Source: Candidatus Deferrimicrobiaceae bacterium
GTDB taxonomy: Bacteria; Desulfobacterota; Deferrimicrobia; Deferrimicrobiales; Deferrimicrobiaceae
Direction of reading: 5' to 3'
DNA length: 64,000 nucleotides
Assembly (NCBI GenBank): GCA_963725055.1
Contig: CAVRXE010000005.1
Coordinates: 2,973 to 66,972 of the forward strand
The position numbers were made by a program, and so were the translations under genes. Below the pieces are notes generated by a model. The model was not told the origin of the DNA. It was given only the letters and a program-made list of their open reading frames with translations, and searched no databases. Of this stretch, positions 36,832-45,265 are shown piece after piece. How positions within the stretch are numbered: position 1 is the first letter of the stretch; every line of letters begins with the position of its first letter.

Positions 36832-39614
36832 GGCTTCCTGCCCCGCAGGTAGTGGACCGACGGTTCGGTCCCCAGGGTTTCGAATACACGGTAGGCCCGT
36901 TCGGAATGGGCCAGCCGGTAGACCTTCGATTCCTTATCGAGGAGGTTGCCGAACGTCAGCGCTCCGGTGGGGCAGCTCTGCGCGCAGGCCGTCGTGAACT
37001 CCCCGTCCCTGACCTTCCTTCCCTCGTCCTTCGCCTTGTCCTTGGCGCCCCGGATCCGCTGGATGCAGAAGGTGCATTTTTCCATCACTCCGACTTCCCT
37101 CGCCGGCACGTCGGGGTTCAGCATCCGGTCGGTCGGTTCCGGCCACGGGTGTTGCCGCCAGTTGAACCGGCGCACCTTGTAAGGGCAGTTGTTGGAACAG
37201 TACCGCGTTCCCACGCACCGGGCGTACACCTGGACATTCAGCCCTTCGGGGTTGTGGTGGGCTGCGAAGACCGGGCAGACCGATTCGCACGGCGCGCTGT
37301 GGCACTGCTGGCAGAGCATGGGGAGGAACGCGACCTCCCCCTTTTCATAGAACGGCTCGATCCGCAGCCACGACATCTCGCGGCCCTTCAGGTGGTCCGC
37401 TTTTCCCGCAACGGGCACGTTGTTCTCGACGTTGCAAGCCGCCACGCAGGCGGCGCAGCCGTTGCACCGTTCAAGGTCCACGGCCAACGCCCACCGGTAC
37501 TCCTTGTGTTCGTGCACGGGGTAGAGGGTCCACCGTTTATGGCGGCGCTCCTCATCAAGGTGCACCGGATCGGGGATGAGGCCGCGTCCCTGCTGGGAGA
37601 AGGAGCCCGAGAGGATGGGGATCTCGACCGTCTTCCCGGTCTTCGTGATCCCGACGCCACCGATGGTGTCCACCGGTCCGCCCGTTCGCGGATCCGTCAA
37701 GATCGGAGGGGCGGGGATCGCGTCGCGGTAGACGACGAAGACCCCTCCGGGGAGGCCCGGCTGGACCTTCACCGGCAGAACTGCCTTCCAGCCGCCCGAT
37801 GCTATCGTCACCTCGTCCCGGTCCCGCAAGCCCGCCCGCGCCGCGTCCTCCTCGGACACGGAGACCCAGGGGCCGTACGTGATCGTGGTGAGCGGGTCGG
37901 GGATCTCGGAGAGGATCGGCAGGATCCGGCTCCGCCCGTCGAAGGTCCGCGGGGAGGGGGTAAGGAACAGGACGGGCTTCCCGGCTTCCACCGCCGGCCC
38001 GGCGCCCCGGAGGGCGGAGGCGGCCCGCTTCCCGTCGAGGGAAACCGGCTTCGTCGGCAAGGTCTCCTCGATGTACCCCTGCCGGAGGAGCAGGCTCCTT
38101 CCGGACTCTCCGAGCCGCTTCTCCCATGCCGCGGCGAGAAGGTCCCTGTAGCCGCCGGACGATCGCCTCCCCGAAGCCTTTCCGAGGAGCCCGAGGAGCG
38201 CGTCCCCGTCGGACAAGGTGTCGTGCAGGGGGGGGAGCACCGGCTGGAGGAGGGACACGACGCCTCTCCTGGGCTCGACGTCGCCCCACGACTCGAGGGA
38301 GTGGGAGAGCGGAAGGACCAGGTCGACCTCGCGCAAGGTTTCGTCGAGGAACTCGCCCATCCCGACCGAGAGGCCCGCCTTTTTCAGGTTCTCACGGAAC
38401 GTGAGTCGCGGCGGCAGGGAGAAGACGGGGTTGGTCCGGAAGAGGAATACGACCCCGGCTTCCCCCTTTCCCATCCGGGCGGAGAGATCCTCCATGTCCC
38501 GGAGCGTCCCGACGGCGCGGTAGTTCTCGCTCCTTGCGAAATCGACACGTTCCGGGATGGCTCCCGTAACCCATTGGATCAGAGCGGCGGCCGACGCGAC
38601 TTCGCGGCCTCCCGTCTGCGCCGTCCCGACCCCGCCGGCGATCACGAGAGGACGCTTCGCGGCGGCGAGGCGGTCCGCGATCTCCTTCAGCGACTCCGGC
38701 GGGATGCCCGTCTCCCCGGAGACCTTCGAAGCGGCTGTCCGGGGGAAGGCGGCAAGGAGTTCCTCCGGCAGCCGTACCTTCGGGGACTTCTTTTCCAGGA
38801 CCTCACGGAGCAGGAAGGAGAGGAGGAGCGTTTCCCGACCCGGGGCGACCGCGTACCTTCGATCCGCGTTTGCCCCGGTGAGCGACATATGGGGTTCCAC
38901 GTGGTACCAGAGGAAATCCCCCCCGGACCGGGCGGAGGAGATTTTCCGGGTGTAGGCGACCGGGGTGACGTACGTTTCGAGGAGGTCCGCCCCGACCGTC
39001 AGCAGGAAATCCGCCTTCTCGATCCGGTAATGGGGGAGGTCCCTTTCTCCGAACAGGAGGCCGTTCGCGTCCTTCTCGGCGGTGTGGGAGTACGTCTCGT
39101 ATCCGGGGAGACGTTCGACCCCCAGCCGTTCGCACACGGCGTCGGCGAGCCGGGAGAGCGAGCCGGTCGTCCGGCCGGACAGGAAAAGGTCTTTCCTGCC
39201 TCCTTGCCGGGATGCCGCCAGGGAATCCGCCACCCGGGAGAAGGCGTCCTCCCAGGAGATGGGCCGAAGTTTCCCCCCGTCCCGCGCCATGGGGCCGCGC
39301 ACTCTCTCCGGATGATAAAGGCGGTACAGGGAGGATTGGCCCCGGACGCAAAGCCCTCCGTCGCTCACCGGATGACCGGGAATCCCCTCGAGCTTGACCG
39401 GCCGCCCCTCCCGCACCCTCGCCAGCACCCCGCATCCGGCGGGACATTCCGTGCACGTCGAGGGGTGGAAGCTCGCTTCCCCGGGGACGATTCCCTCCTC
39501 CGGCGGAAGGAGGTAGGAGGTGAATTTCGCGGAACGGTTCGGCGACCCGCACGCGGACATCACCGTGGAGCCCGAGATCACCCCGAGGAGCCAAAGGAAG
39601 TCCCTTCGCTTCAT
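36828..39614 (-). CDS. actB: Alternative complex III subunit ActB (molybdopterin-oxidoreductase-like domain fused to a 4Fe-4S ferredoxin domain)
   Basis: Twin-arginine signal MKRRDFLWLLGV.., N-terminal Cys cluster CTECPAGCG, and a long MopB-like region. C-terminal FeS motifs: CNGCAACVAACNVENN, CQQCHSAPCESVCP, CVGTRYCSNNCPYKVRRFN, KCTFCIQR. 928 aa and intact. Confidence 0.9.
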   Translation of the reverse strand: MKRRDFLWLLGVISGSTVMSACGSPNRSAKFTSYLLPPEEGIVPGEASFHPSTCTECPAGCGVLARVREGRPVKLEGIPGHPVSDGGLCVRGQSSLYRLYHPERVRGPMARDGGKLRPISWEDAFSRVADSLAASRQGGRKDLFLSGRTTGSLSRLADAVCERLGVERLPGYETYSHTAEKDANGLLFGERDLPHYRIEKADFLLTVGADLLETYVTPVAYTRKISSARSGGDFLWYHVEPHMSLTGANADRRYAVAPGRETLLLSFLLREVLEKKSPKVRLPEELLAAFPRTAASKVSGETGIPPESLKEIADRLAAAKRPLVIAGGVGTAQTGGREVASAAALIQWVTGAIPERVDFARSENYRAVGTLRDMEDLSARMGKGEAGVVFLFRTNPVFSLPPRLTFRENLKKAGLSVGMGEFLDETLREVDLVLPLSHSLESWGDVEPRRGVVSLLQPVLPPLHDTLSDGDALLGLLGKASGRRSSGGYRDLLAAAWEKRLGESGRSLLLRQGYIEETLPTKPVSLDGKRAASALRGAGPAVEAGKPVLFLTPSPRTFDGRSRILPILSEIPDPLTTITYGPWVSVSEEDAARAGLRDRDEVTIASGGWKAVLPVKVQPGLPGGVFVVYRDAIPAPPILTDPRTGGPVDTIGGVGITKTGKTVEIPILSGSFSQQGRGLIPDPVHLDEERRHKRWTLYPVHEHKEYRWALAVDLERCNGCAACVAACNVENNVPVAGKADHLKGREMSWLRIEPFYEKGEVAFLPMLCQQCHSAPCESVCPVFAAHHNPEGLNVQVYARCVGTRYCSNNCPYKVRRFNWRQHPWPEPTDRMLNPDVPAREVGVMEKCTFCIQRIRGAKDKAKDEGRKVRDGEFTTACAQSCPTGALTFGNLLDKESKVYRLAHSERAYRVFETLGTEPSVHYLRGRKP

Positions 39615-39623
39615 CGTCCCCCT

Positions 39624-40136
39624 CTACTTATGGCAGGTGGCGCAGTCGCGGGATGCACCCCGGACCCTGTGGCACGAAACGCACCATCCCATGACCAGTT
39701 CGTTCACCCGCCGGACCCTTTTCATGCCCGCCACGTTTCCGTGGCACGCCGCGCACGTAAGCCCTGCCTTGACGTGCCTCTTGTGGGAAAAATAGATGAA
39801 GTCCGGCAAGGCGTGGACCCGCTTCCACTCGATGGGCCTCTTCTCCTCGTAATAGCGTGTGAGCTTTCGTATCTCGTTCCTGTCGGTGGCGATCGACCGG
39901 TGACAGCCCATGCAGATCTCCAGCGGGGGGGCGCCTGCGTGGCGCGACCGCTCGACGAAGGTATGGCAGTACACGCAGGGGATCTGCAGCTGCCCCGCGT
40001 GGACCGTGTGCGGGAAGGCGATCGGCTGCTCGGGGGCGGGGTCGGAGCGGTGCCATAGGACCCCGAGCCCCGCCACGAGCAGTATGCAGGCCCCGAAATA
40101 CCCGAGGACCGCGATGGCGACCAACGTCTTCTTCAA
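39624..40136 (-). CDS. actA: Alternative complex III pentahaem cytochrome c subunit ActA
   Basis: N-terminal anchor helix and five CxxCH motifs: CVYCH, CMGCH, CAACH, CVSCH, CATCH. 170 aa, directly upstream of actB. Confidence 0.85.
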   Translation of the reverse strand: MKKTLVAIAVLGYFGACILLVAGLGVLWHRSDPAPEQPIAFPHTVHAGQLQIPCVYCHTFVERSRHAGAPPLEICMGCHRSIATDRNEIRKLTRYYEEKRPIEWKRVHALPDFIYFSHKRHVKAGLTCAACHGNVAGMKRVRRVNELVMGWCVSCHRVRGASRDCATCHK

Positions 40137-40178
40137 CGTCTCTCCCGCATGCGACGGTTTCCCGTTCCGGCCCGGCGG

Positions 40179-40844
40179 CTACTTGCCGCCCTTGACCTTC
40201 GACAGCAGGTACCGGGCGACGGCGTCCACCTCGTCTTCCTTGATCGCCGGCTTCGGCATCGCCGGGAGGGCGGGGTTCACCTTGACCGGGTCCCGGATGA
40301 ACGCCTTCAGCTTTTCGACATTTCCCTTGTACTTCGGCACGACATCGTTGTAGGCGGGGCCGACGACCTTGCTGTCGAACCGGTGGCAGACCGAGCAGAC
40401 GGTGTCGAACACCTTCTTCCCCTTTTCCAGTACCGCCGCGTCCCCGGCCGCCGGTTTCTCCCCGGCCTTCCCATCCTTTACGGCCTTCTCAGCCGCCAGC
40501 GGCCCGATGGGGGAGGGCTGCCCCTGGTAGGCGTTGCCGGCGGCCGCCTGGTCGCACAGGACCACGGCGAGGAACATCAGGATGAACAGGGCCGTAACGC
40601 GGTCGCCCGGCTTGTTTTCCTCTTTCCCGGGGAGAAGGTAGAGCAGAGCGAATACGGCCAGTGCCAGGATCGGGACGGTCGCTGCCATGACGAACACCTC
40701 CGTGGACATCCCCGTTACGGGGAGTGATATCAGGTACAGCACGACGAGTGCCGGGGCCGCCAACGCCCCGGCCAGGGCGAAGGACGTCCCGGCGGTCCGG
40801 ACACGCGTTTCATACTCGGGACTCCCGCCCGCCTCCTCCGCCAT
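40179..40844 (-). CDS. Membrane-anchored monohaem class I cytochrome c
   Basis: Two or three N-terminal helices, a linker, then ..KGKKVFDTVCSVCHRFDSKVVGPAYNDVVPKYKG..AMPKPAI.. (c551/c552-like fold, single CSVCH). ATG 40844 overlaps the upstream gene by ~35 nt. Confidence 0.75.
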   Translation of the reverse strand: MAEEAGGSPEYETRVRTAGTSFALAGALAAPALVVLYLISLPVTGMSTEVFVMAATVPILALAVFALLYLLPGKEENKPGDRVTALFILMFLAVVLCDQAAAGNAYQGQPSPIGPLAAEKAVKDGKAGEKPAAGDAAVLEKGKKVFDTVCSVCHRFDSKVVGPAYNDVVPKYKGNVEKLKAFIRDPVKVNPALPAMPKPAIKEDEVDAVARYLLSKVKGGK

Positions 40845-41472
40845 TCGTCCGGCCAAGGAACCGCAAGGCGATCCCGCCGGCAAGCCCGAAGGACAGCGCG
40901 AGGAACAGGAGGAATTCCACGAGGGAGTGCCAGGAGAGGATGAAAACGAGGTTGCTTCGAACCAGGGGGAGCTTGGCCGGGTTCACGAGGGTCCCCAGCA
41001 GCAGGAACGACAGGAAGGCGGCGGAGAGCATCGCCAGGAGACCCGCCGTCCCCGCCCCGAAGGGGGCGGGGGGCATCTCCGTCGTCCGGCGGATCGCCGA
41101 CAGGTACAGGGAAAGGAGCAGGCACCCCGCCAGGAGGGCTCCGAACGGGACGAGCCACGCGATCGCCGGCAGGGACGCCCGACCTCCGAGAAATCGTTGG
41201 CATGCGTAGGCGATGGCCGGATACGGGAGGAGACCGAGGAGGAGAAGAACCCACCGGTTCACGGTGACCGCCTCGATCCATTCCCGGGACAGGCGCAGCG
41301 ACTTGTCGTCCCGGTTCTCCCTCCCGAAGAAGTTCAGGGCCAGGGAGGCGGCCGAACCGGCGATGACGATCCCGAGGAGCGGGAGGTAGAGGAGCAGGGC
41401 GGCGGTGAGGAGGTATCGGAGAAGGAGGATCGTGTCCGGCGGCAGGGCGGGGGGAAGAGCCAGAGGGTTCAT
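40810..41472 (-). CDS. Hypothetical polytopic membrane protein
   Basis: 220-aa ORF with ~6 hydrophobic helices and no motif I recognise. First gene of the same-strand run leading into actA. Confidence 0.5.
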   Translation of the reverse strand: MNPLALPPALPPDTILLLRYLLTAALLLYLPLLGIVIAGSAASLALNFFGRENRDDKSLRLSREWIEAVTVNRWVLLLLGLLPYPAIAYACQRFLGGRASLPAIAWLVPFGALLAGCLLLSLYLSAIRRTTEMPPAPFGAGTAGLLAMLSAAFLSFLLLGTLVNPAKLPLVRSNLVFILSWHSLVEFLLFLALSFGLAGGIALRFLGRTNGGGGGRESRV

Positions 41473-41562
41473 ATCATCGTGCCTCTTCCGGGATCAAGGA
41501 TGGACTCCGGCCGCTGACGACTCCCGATTGTATCGCACCCGTTTTGAAACAGGAATTTTTTT

Positions 41563-42738
41563 CTATTCCTTGCGGACGAAACCAACGACGAGGTCCCCGA
41601 TGGCGGCGCACGTAAGGCCGAAGGGGAGGTAGCCGGCATACCCGAGGAGAGGCATCTCGAAGATGTGCAGGGCGTCGACGTAGGGGATGACGTACACCCA
41701 CTTCGCGTAACTTCCGAAATTCCACGTTTCCCAGAAAACGCCGCAGAGGAGGGCGGCGAGGACGGAGGATACCGCGGGGCGCCAGTCGCCGGAGGCGATC
41801 CCGGAGAAGGCGTGCGGTTCTCCCCGGAGAGCGGCGAGGGAGATCAGGAGCGTGGGCGGGGCGACCCAGACCAGCGGGAACGCGAAGTCGGGGGCGATCC
41901 CGACGGCGAAGAGCCCGGCGCAGGAAAAGAGCAGCGCGGCGAGGCAGATCGCGCCCGGCCTTGTGCCCCCCGTTCTTCCTGCAGCGGGGGTACCCCGGCG
42001 GCGCGGAGCTCGTATTGCCCCCTTGGCAACATCCATCGGGGGTACCCCATCCGCGCGAAGCTCGAGGTGGGGCGGGGCCGGAGAGAGGGGGCGCCATTCG
42101 CGGAACGCGCGGTCGAAACGCGGGGAAGAGAGCAGCAGCTCGCGGGTCGACAGGACCGCCGGGAGAACGGTGGAGAACGGGAGGGTCGCGAAGAGGAAGT
42201 ATCCCACCGCTTCGAATTCCACCCCGCCGACGTAGCGCCAGTTCCCGACGAAGCGGTTCAGGTACTCGAAGACCCACCAGAACCCCGCGCTGACCGGGAA
42301 GAGGAGGAGGAAGGGGCGGGTCCGGGAGAGGATCAGGCACCGGCCCGTCCTCCGCACCGTGAACGCGTTTACAACCAGGATGAAGCCGATCCACAGGGGT
42401 GTGAACGCGTACGCATGGAATCCGCCCAGCCACGGGATCCGGCTCCACGCGAGGATCCAGGACGCCGCGCCCAGGCCCGCACCGGCCCATCCCCACCACG
42501 GGAACGGCATGACGGGCTCCCGGAGACCGTCCCCGCGCCGGAACGATATCAGGCGGCGGAGGAGGGGGATCGTCGCCGCGAGGATCAGGAGCATCAGGCC
42601 GAGGAAGGCCGGAAGGGAGAACGGCGCATGCGGCAGATCCGGGGTCTTCGGGGGGAATTGCAGATACGCCGCGTGCGGTTTCCCCAGGGCTGCTGCGCCC
42701 GCCAGCGGCAGGAGGAGAACGAGCGCCACGGCGAGCAA
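41563..42738 (-). CDS. Hypothetical polytopic membrane protein with two related halves
   Basis: Long minus ORF. TTG 42738 is chosen because the ORF upstream of it overlaps the cupin gene. Aromatic motifs recur: ..FWWVFEYLNRFVGNWRYV.. and ..VFWETWNFGSYAKWVYV... Confidence 0.45.
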   Translation of the reverse strand: MLAVALVLLLPLAGAAALGKPHAAYLQFPPKTPDLPHAPFSLPAFLGLMLLILAATIPLLRRLISFRRGDGLREPVMPFPWWGWAGAGLGAASWILAWSRIPWLGGFHAYAFTPLWIGFILVVNAFTVRRTGRCLILSRTRPFLLLFPVSAGFWWVFEYLNRFVGNWRYVGGVEFEAVGYFLFATLPFSTVLPAVLSTRELLLSSPRFDRAFREWRPLSPAPPHLELRADGVPPMDVAKGAIRAPRRRGTPAAGRTGGTRPGAICLAALLFSCAGLFAVGIAPDFAFPLVWVAPPTLLISLAALRGEPHAFSGIASGDWRPAVSSVLAALLCGVFWETWNFGSYAKWVYVIPYVDALHIFEMPLLGYAGYLPFGLTCAAIGDLVVGFVRKE

Positions 42739-42824
42739 CGTGTGGAGGAGATTTCCGGTACGATCCGCGAGGGACCCCGCGGAGCCGGCCGGGCGGGAGG
42801 CGGTGCGCTCCGCCGGGTGCCGAC

Positions 42825-43178
42825 TTATCTCAGGCACACCTTTGTCGCCGGGATGGCGCAAAGGAACGAGAAGGTCTCGCTCCCCCGATTTGCGAAGGCG
42901 TGCTCCTCGTCCGGCGGGACGAAGACGTAGGAACCCGGGCCCACTTCCGTTTCGCCGTCCTTGCGCTTCACCGTCCCTCTCCCCGAGAGGACGAACACTT
43001 CGTGCTCCCACGCGTGGGCGTGGAACGGGGTGTGCCCGCCCGGCGCCACCTCGAAGTGGCGGGTCGTGAAGTTCGGGGCCCCGACGTTGTCCCCCATCAG
43101 TACGCGGATCGTGACGCCGCCAGCCCCCGCCTCGGTGACCGCCTTCCCCTCGACGTCCTTCCAGTTCCCAACGTGCAT
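42825..43178 (-). CDS. Cupin-domain protein
   Basis: MHVGNWKD.., cupin motifs ..FEVAPGGHTPFHAHAWEHEVFVLSG.. and ..GSYVFVPPDEEHAF... 117 aa. Confidence 0.85.
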   Translation of the reverse strand: MHVGNWKDVEGKAVTEAGAGGVTIRVLMGDNVGAPNFTTRHFEVAPGGHTPFHAHAWEHEVFVLSGRGTVKRKDGETEVGPGSYVFVPPDEEHAFANRGSETFSFLCAIPATKVCLR

Positions 43179-43289
43179 CTCGACACCTCTCGCGTTCGGT
43201 GGATTCACTGTACCACGAGCTACCGTTTCACCTCGACCTTTGCCAGTTTTTCGAAATATCGGATCAGCCCGCCATGGTCGAGTTCCGGA

Positions 43290-43323
43290 TTGACAAGATA
43301 TAATGGATTCACTATATAGTGAA
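43290..43323 (+). promoter_or_regulatory. Sigma70-like promoter (TTGACA-17-TATATA) overlapped by a perfect 16-bp palindrome (candidate operator)
   Basis: TTGACA at 43290-43295, a 17-nt spacer, then TATATA at 43313-43318. TTCACTATATAGTGAA at 43308-43323 equals its own reverse complement. The related half-site GGATTCACTGTA lies at 43201-43212. Confidence 0.55.
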
Positions 43324-43353
43324 CGCTTTTCGATTCCCCGAACGAGGACGGCA

Positions 43354-44540
43354 GTGGAGAAAACGGGTTCCGGGGTCGTCTTTCCCCTGGCCGTCACGTT
43401 GGCGATCCAGGCGCTGGTCGCGATGGCCTCGGTCACGGTTCCCGTGCTCGCGCCCGCGGCGTCCGCGGACACGGGGATCGCCCTCGCGTACCTCGGCGTC
43501 TTCATGGCGTTCGTCTACGTCGGGGGGATGGCATCCACCCTCGCCAGCGGGGATTTCATCCTTCGGTACGGCCCGATCCGGGTCAGCCAGTGCTGCCTGG
43601 TCCTCTCCGGGCTCGGGCTGGCCGCCACCGCGGCGGGATCCGTCCCGCTCATGGTCCTCGGCGCCCTGCTGATCGGGGCCGGGTACGGCCCGGTGACGCC
43701 CGCGAGTTCCCAGATCCTGGCCCGGACCGCCCCGCCCGGCCGTATGTCCCTGACGTTCTCCCTGAAGCAGACCGGCGTGCCGCTGGGGGGAGCGATGGCC
43801 GGGGCCGTTGTTCCTCCCCTGGTCCTGTTCTGCGGGTGGAAGGGGGCGGCGATCGCGGTGGGCGCGTTCTGCGTCCTCCTCGCCTTCCTCTCCGAGCTGC
43901 CCAGGGCAGGCCTCGACCTCGACCGGGAAAAGGGCCGGCCGATTAGCTTCAAGGGGGTCGCCGGGCCGCTGGGAATGGTGCTTTCCAGCAAGCCGCTCCG
44001 GGAACTGGCCGTGGCATCGTTTTTTTTCGCATCCATGCAGGTTTGCCTGAGCACCTACCTCGTCTCCTTCCTGACGACGAGCCTGGGCGTTCCGCTGGTT
44101 CGCGCCGGGCTGACGCTCAGCGTCGCCCTGGGCGCGGGGGTCGCGGGACGCATCGTCTGGGGCGGCATCGCGGACCGGCTGATCCTGCCGCGCCGGATGC
44201 TCGGGACGCTGGGCCTCGTCATGTCATTGTCGGCGGCGGCGACATGCCTCATCTCCCTTTCCTGGCCGTACGCCGCCATCGTCGTCCTCGGGGCCCTGTT
44301 CGGCGCCTCCGCGGTCGGCTGGAACGGCGTGTACCTTGCCGAGGTCGCACGAAAGGCGCCTTCGGGGATGGCGGGGATGGCCACGGGGGGAACCCTGTTC
44401 TTCACGTTCTTCGGAGGAGTGGCCGCCCCTCCGATCTTCGGCGGGATCGCCGGCGCCGGGCACCGATACGCGCTTGCCTACTCCCTGATCGCCATTCCCG
44501 TGTTCCTGTTCAGCCTGATGCTCTTCCGCGGGCCAGCGGC
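43354..44540 (+). CDS. MFS transporter; 3' end not definable
   Basis: 12 hydrophobic helices (..GVVFPLAVTLAIQALVAMAS.. to ..AIPVFLFSLMLFRG). GTG 43354 with a GAGGA RBS is preferred over ATG 43303, which lies inside the promoter. The frame has no stop until 44853, so the end is approximate. Confidence 0.7.
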
Positions 44541-44548
44541 GGGAAGCC

Positions 44549-44853
44549 GTGGAGCACGTCCGGCAGGTCGCACACGTCGCCGACGACGGCTGGCCCAACA
44601 CTGCCCCGATGTCCCTTTTCTTTTGCCCGGACGAAAAAACATCGTCGCGGGGATGGTTAGGGCATCCCAGACCGCGACCAACCTCCGCCGGGACGGCCGG
44701 GTCATCATCGAAATGGTGTTCGGAGGAGATGTCGTCTTCGGAATTCGCGGGAAAGGAACCGTGCAAAAAGAAGCGTTAGAGTGCAGCGAGACCACCATGG
44801 CATTCAAGATCGACGTAGTCTCGGTGAAGAGGGACACTCCCCTGCGCAGATAG
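44549..44853 (+). pseudogene. PNPOx-like (FMN-binding split-barrel) protein remnant or frame-broken gene
   Basis: ..VRQVAHVADDGWPNTAPMSLFFCPDEK (frame 2) continues after the A6 run at 44634-44639 as NIVAGMVRASQTATNLRRDGRVIIEMVFGGDVVFGIRGKGTVQKEA..AFKIDVVSVKRDTP.. (frame 1). The pattern resembles pyridoxamine-phosphate-oxidase-family proteins. Confidence 0.4.
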
Positions 44854-45265
44854 TCACATCGGGACCGTCTTGTACGCCACGGTCTGACCGGGCAGTAGAA
44901 TACGAAAAGGCGGCCTGGAAGGAACTGATCGAAATCGCATCCGCGTAGGCAGCTGGATGAAGCGGTTCCGTCCAGGATATCCGACGCCCACGCCAGGGCA
45001 GCCGCGACCGCGGGAAAACTGATCGTGTACGTGAGAAGAACCAGCGCGTGCCGGATCTCCACCGGCCGAAGAGGCGTGGACAAAAAACCGCCGTGACCAT
45101 TTCGATATTATAATGTGAGGATCGCCTGGGGGGCCCCGTATTTTTCCCGGGGCTCCCTGACACAACAGTTTACGTCAGGAGACCAGCGACACCTTTGCTC
45201 ACGACCGATCTCGGTGCATGTCCCCGGTTGTCCAATCGAGTCCATCGAAAGAGAAGAATGTCCAT

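Noticed and set aside
40810-40883. Possible frameshift fusing the 220-aa membrane protein (41472-40810) to the monohaem cytochrome c ORF (40883-40179).
   Set aside because: An in-frame ATG (40844, MAEEAGG..) gives the cytochrome its own start, with a short overlap typical of this operon. No conserved domain is split across the junction, so two separate genes is the simpler reading.
43303-43353. ATG 43303 as the start of the MFS transporter, as in the ORF track.
   Set aside because: It lies between the -35 and -10 elements of the best promoter candidate and inside the palindromic operator. GTG 43354 has a GAGGA Shine-Dalgarno sequence and starts right before the first transmembrane helix.
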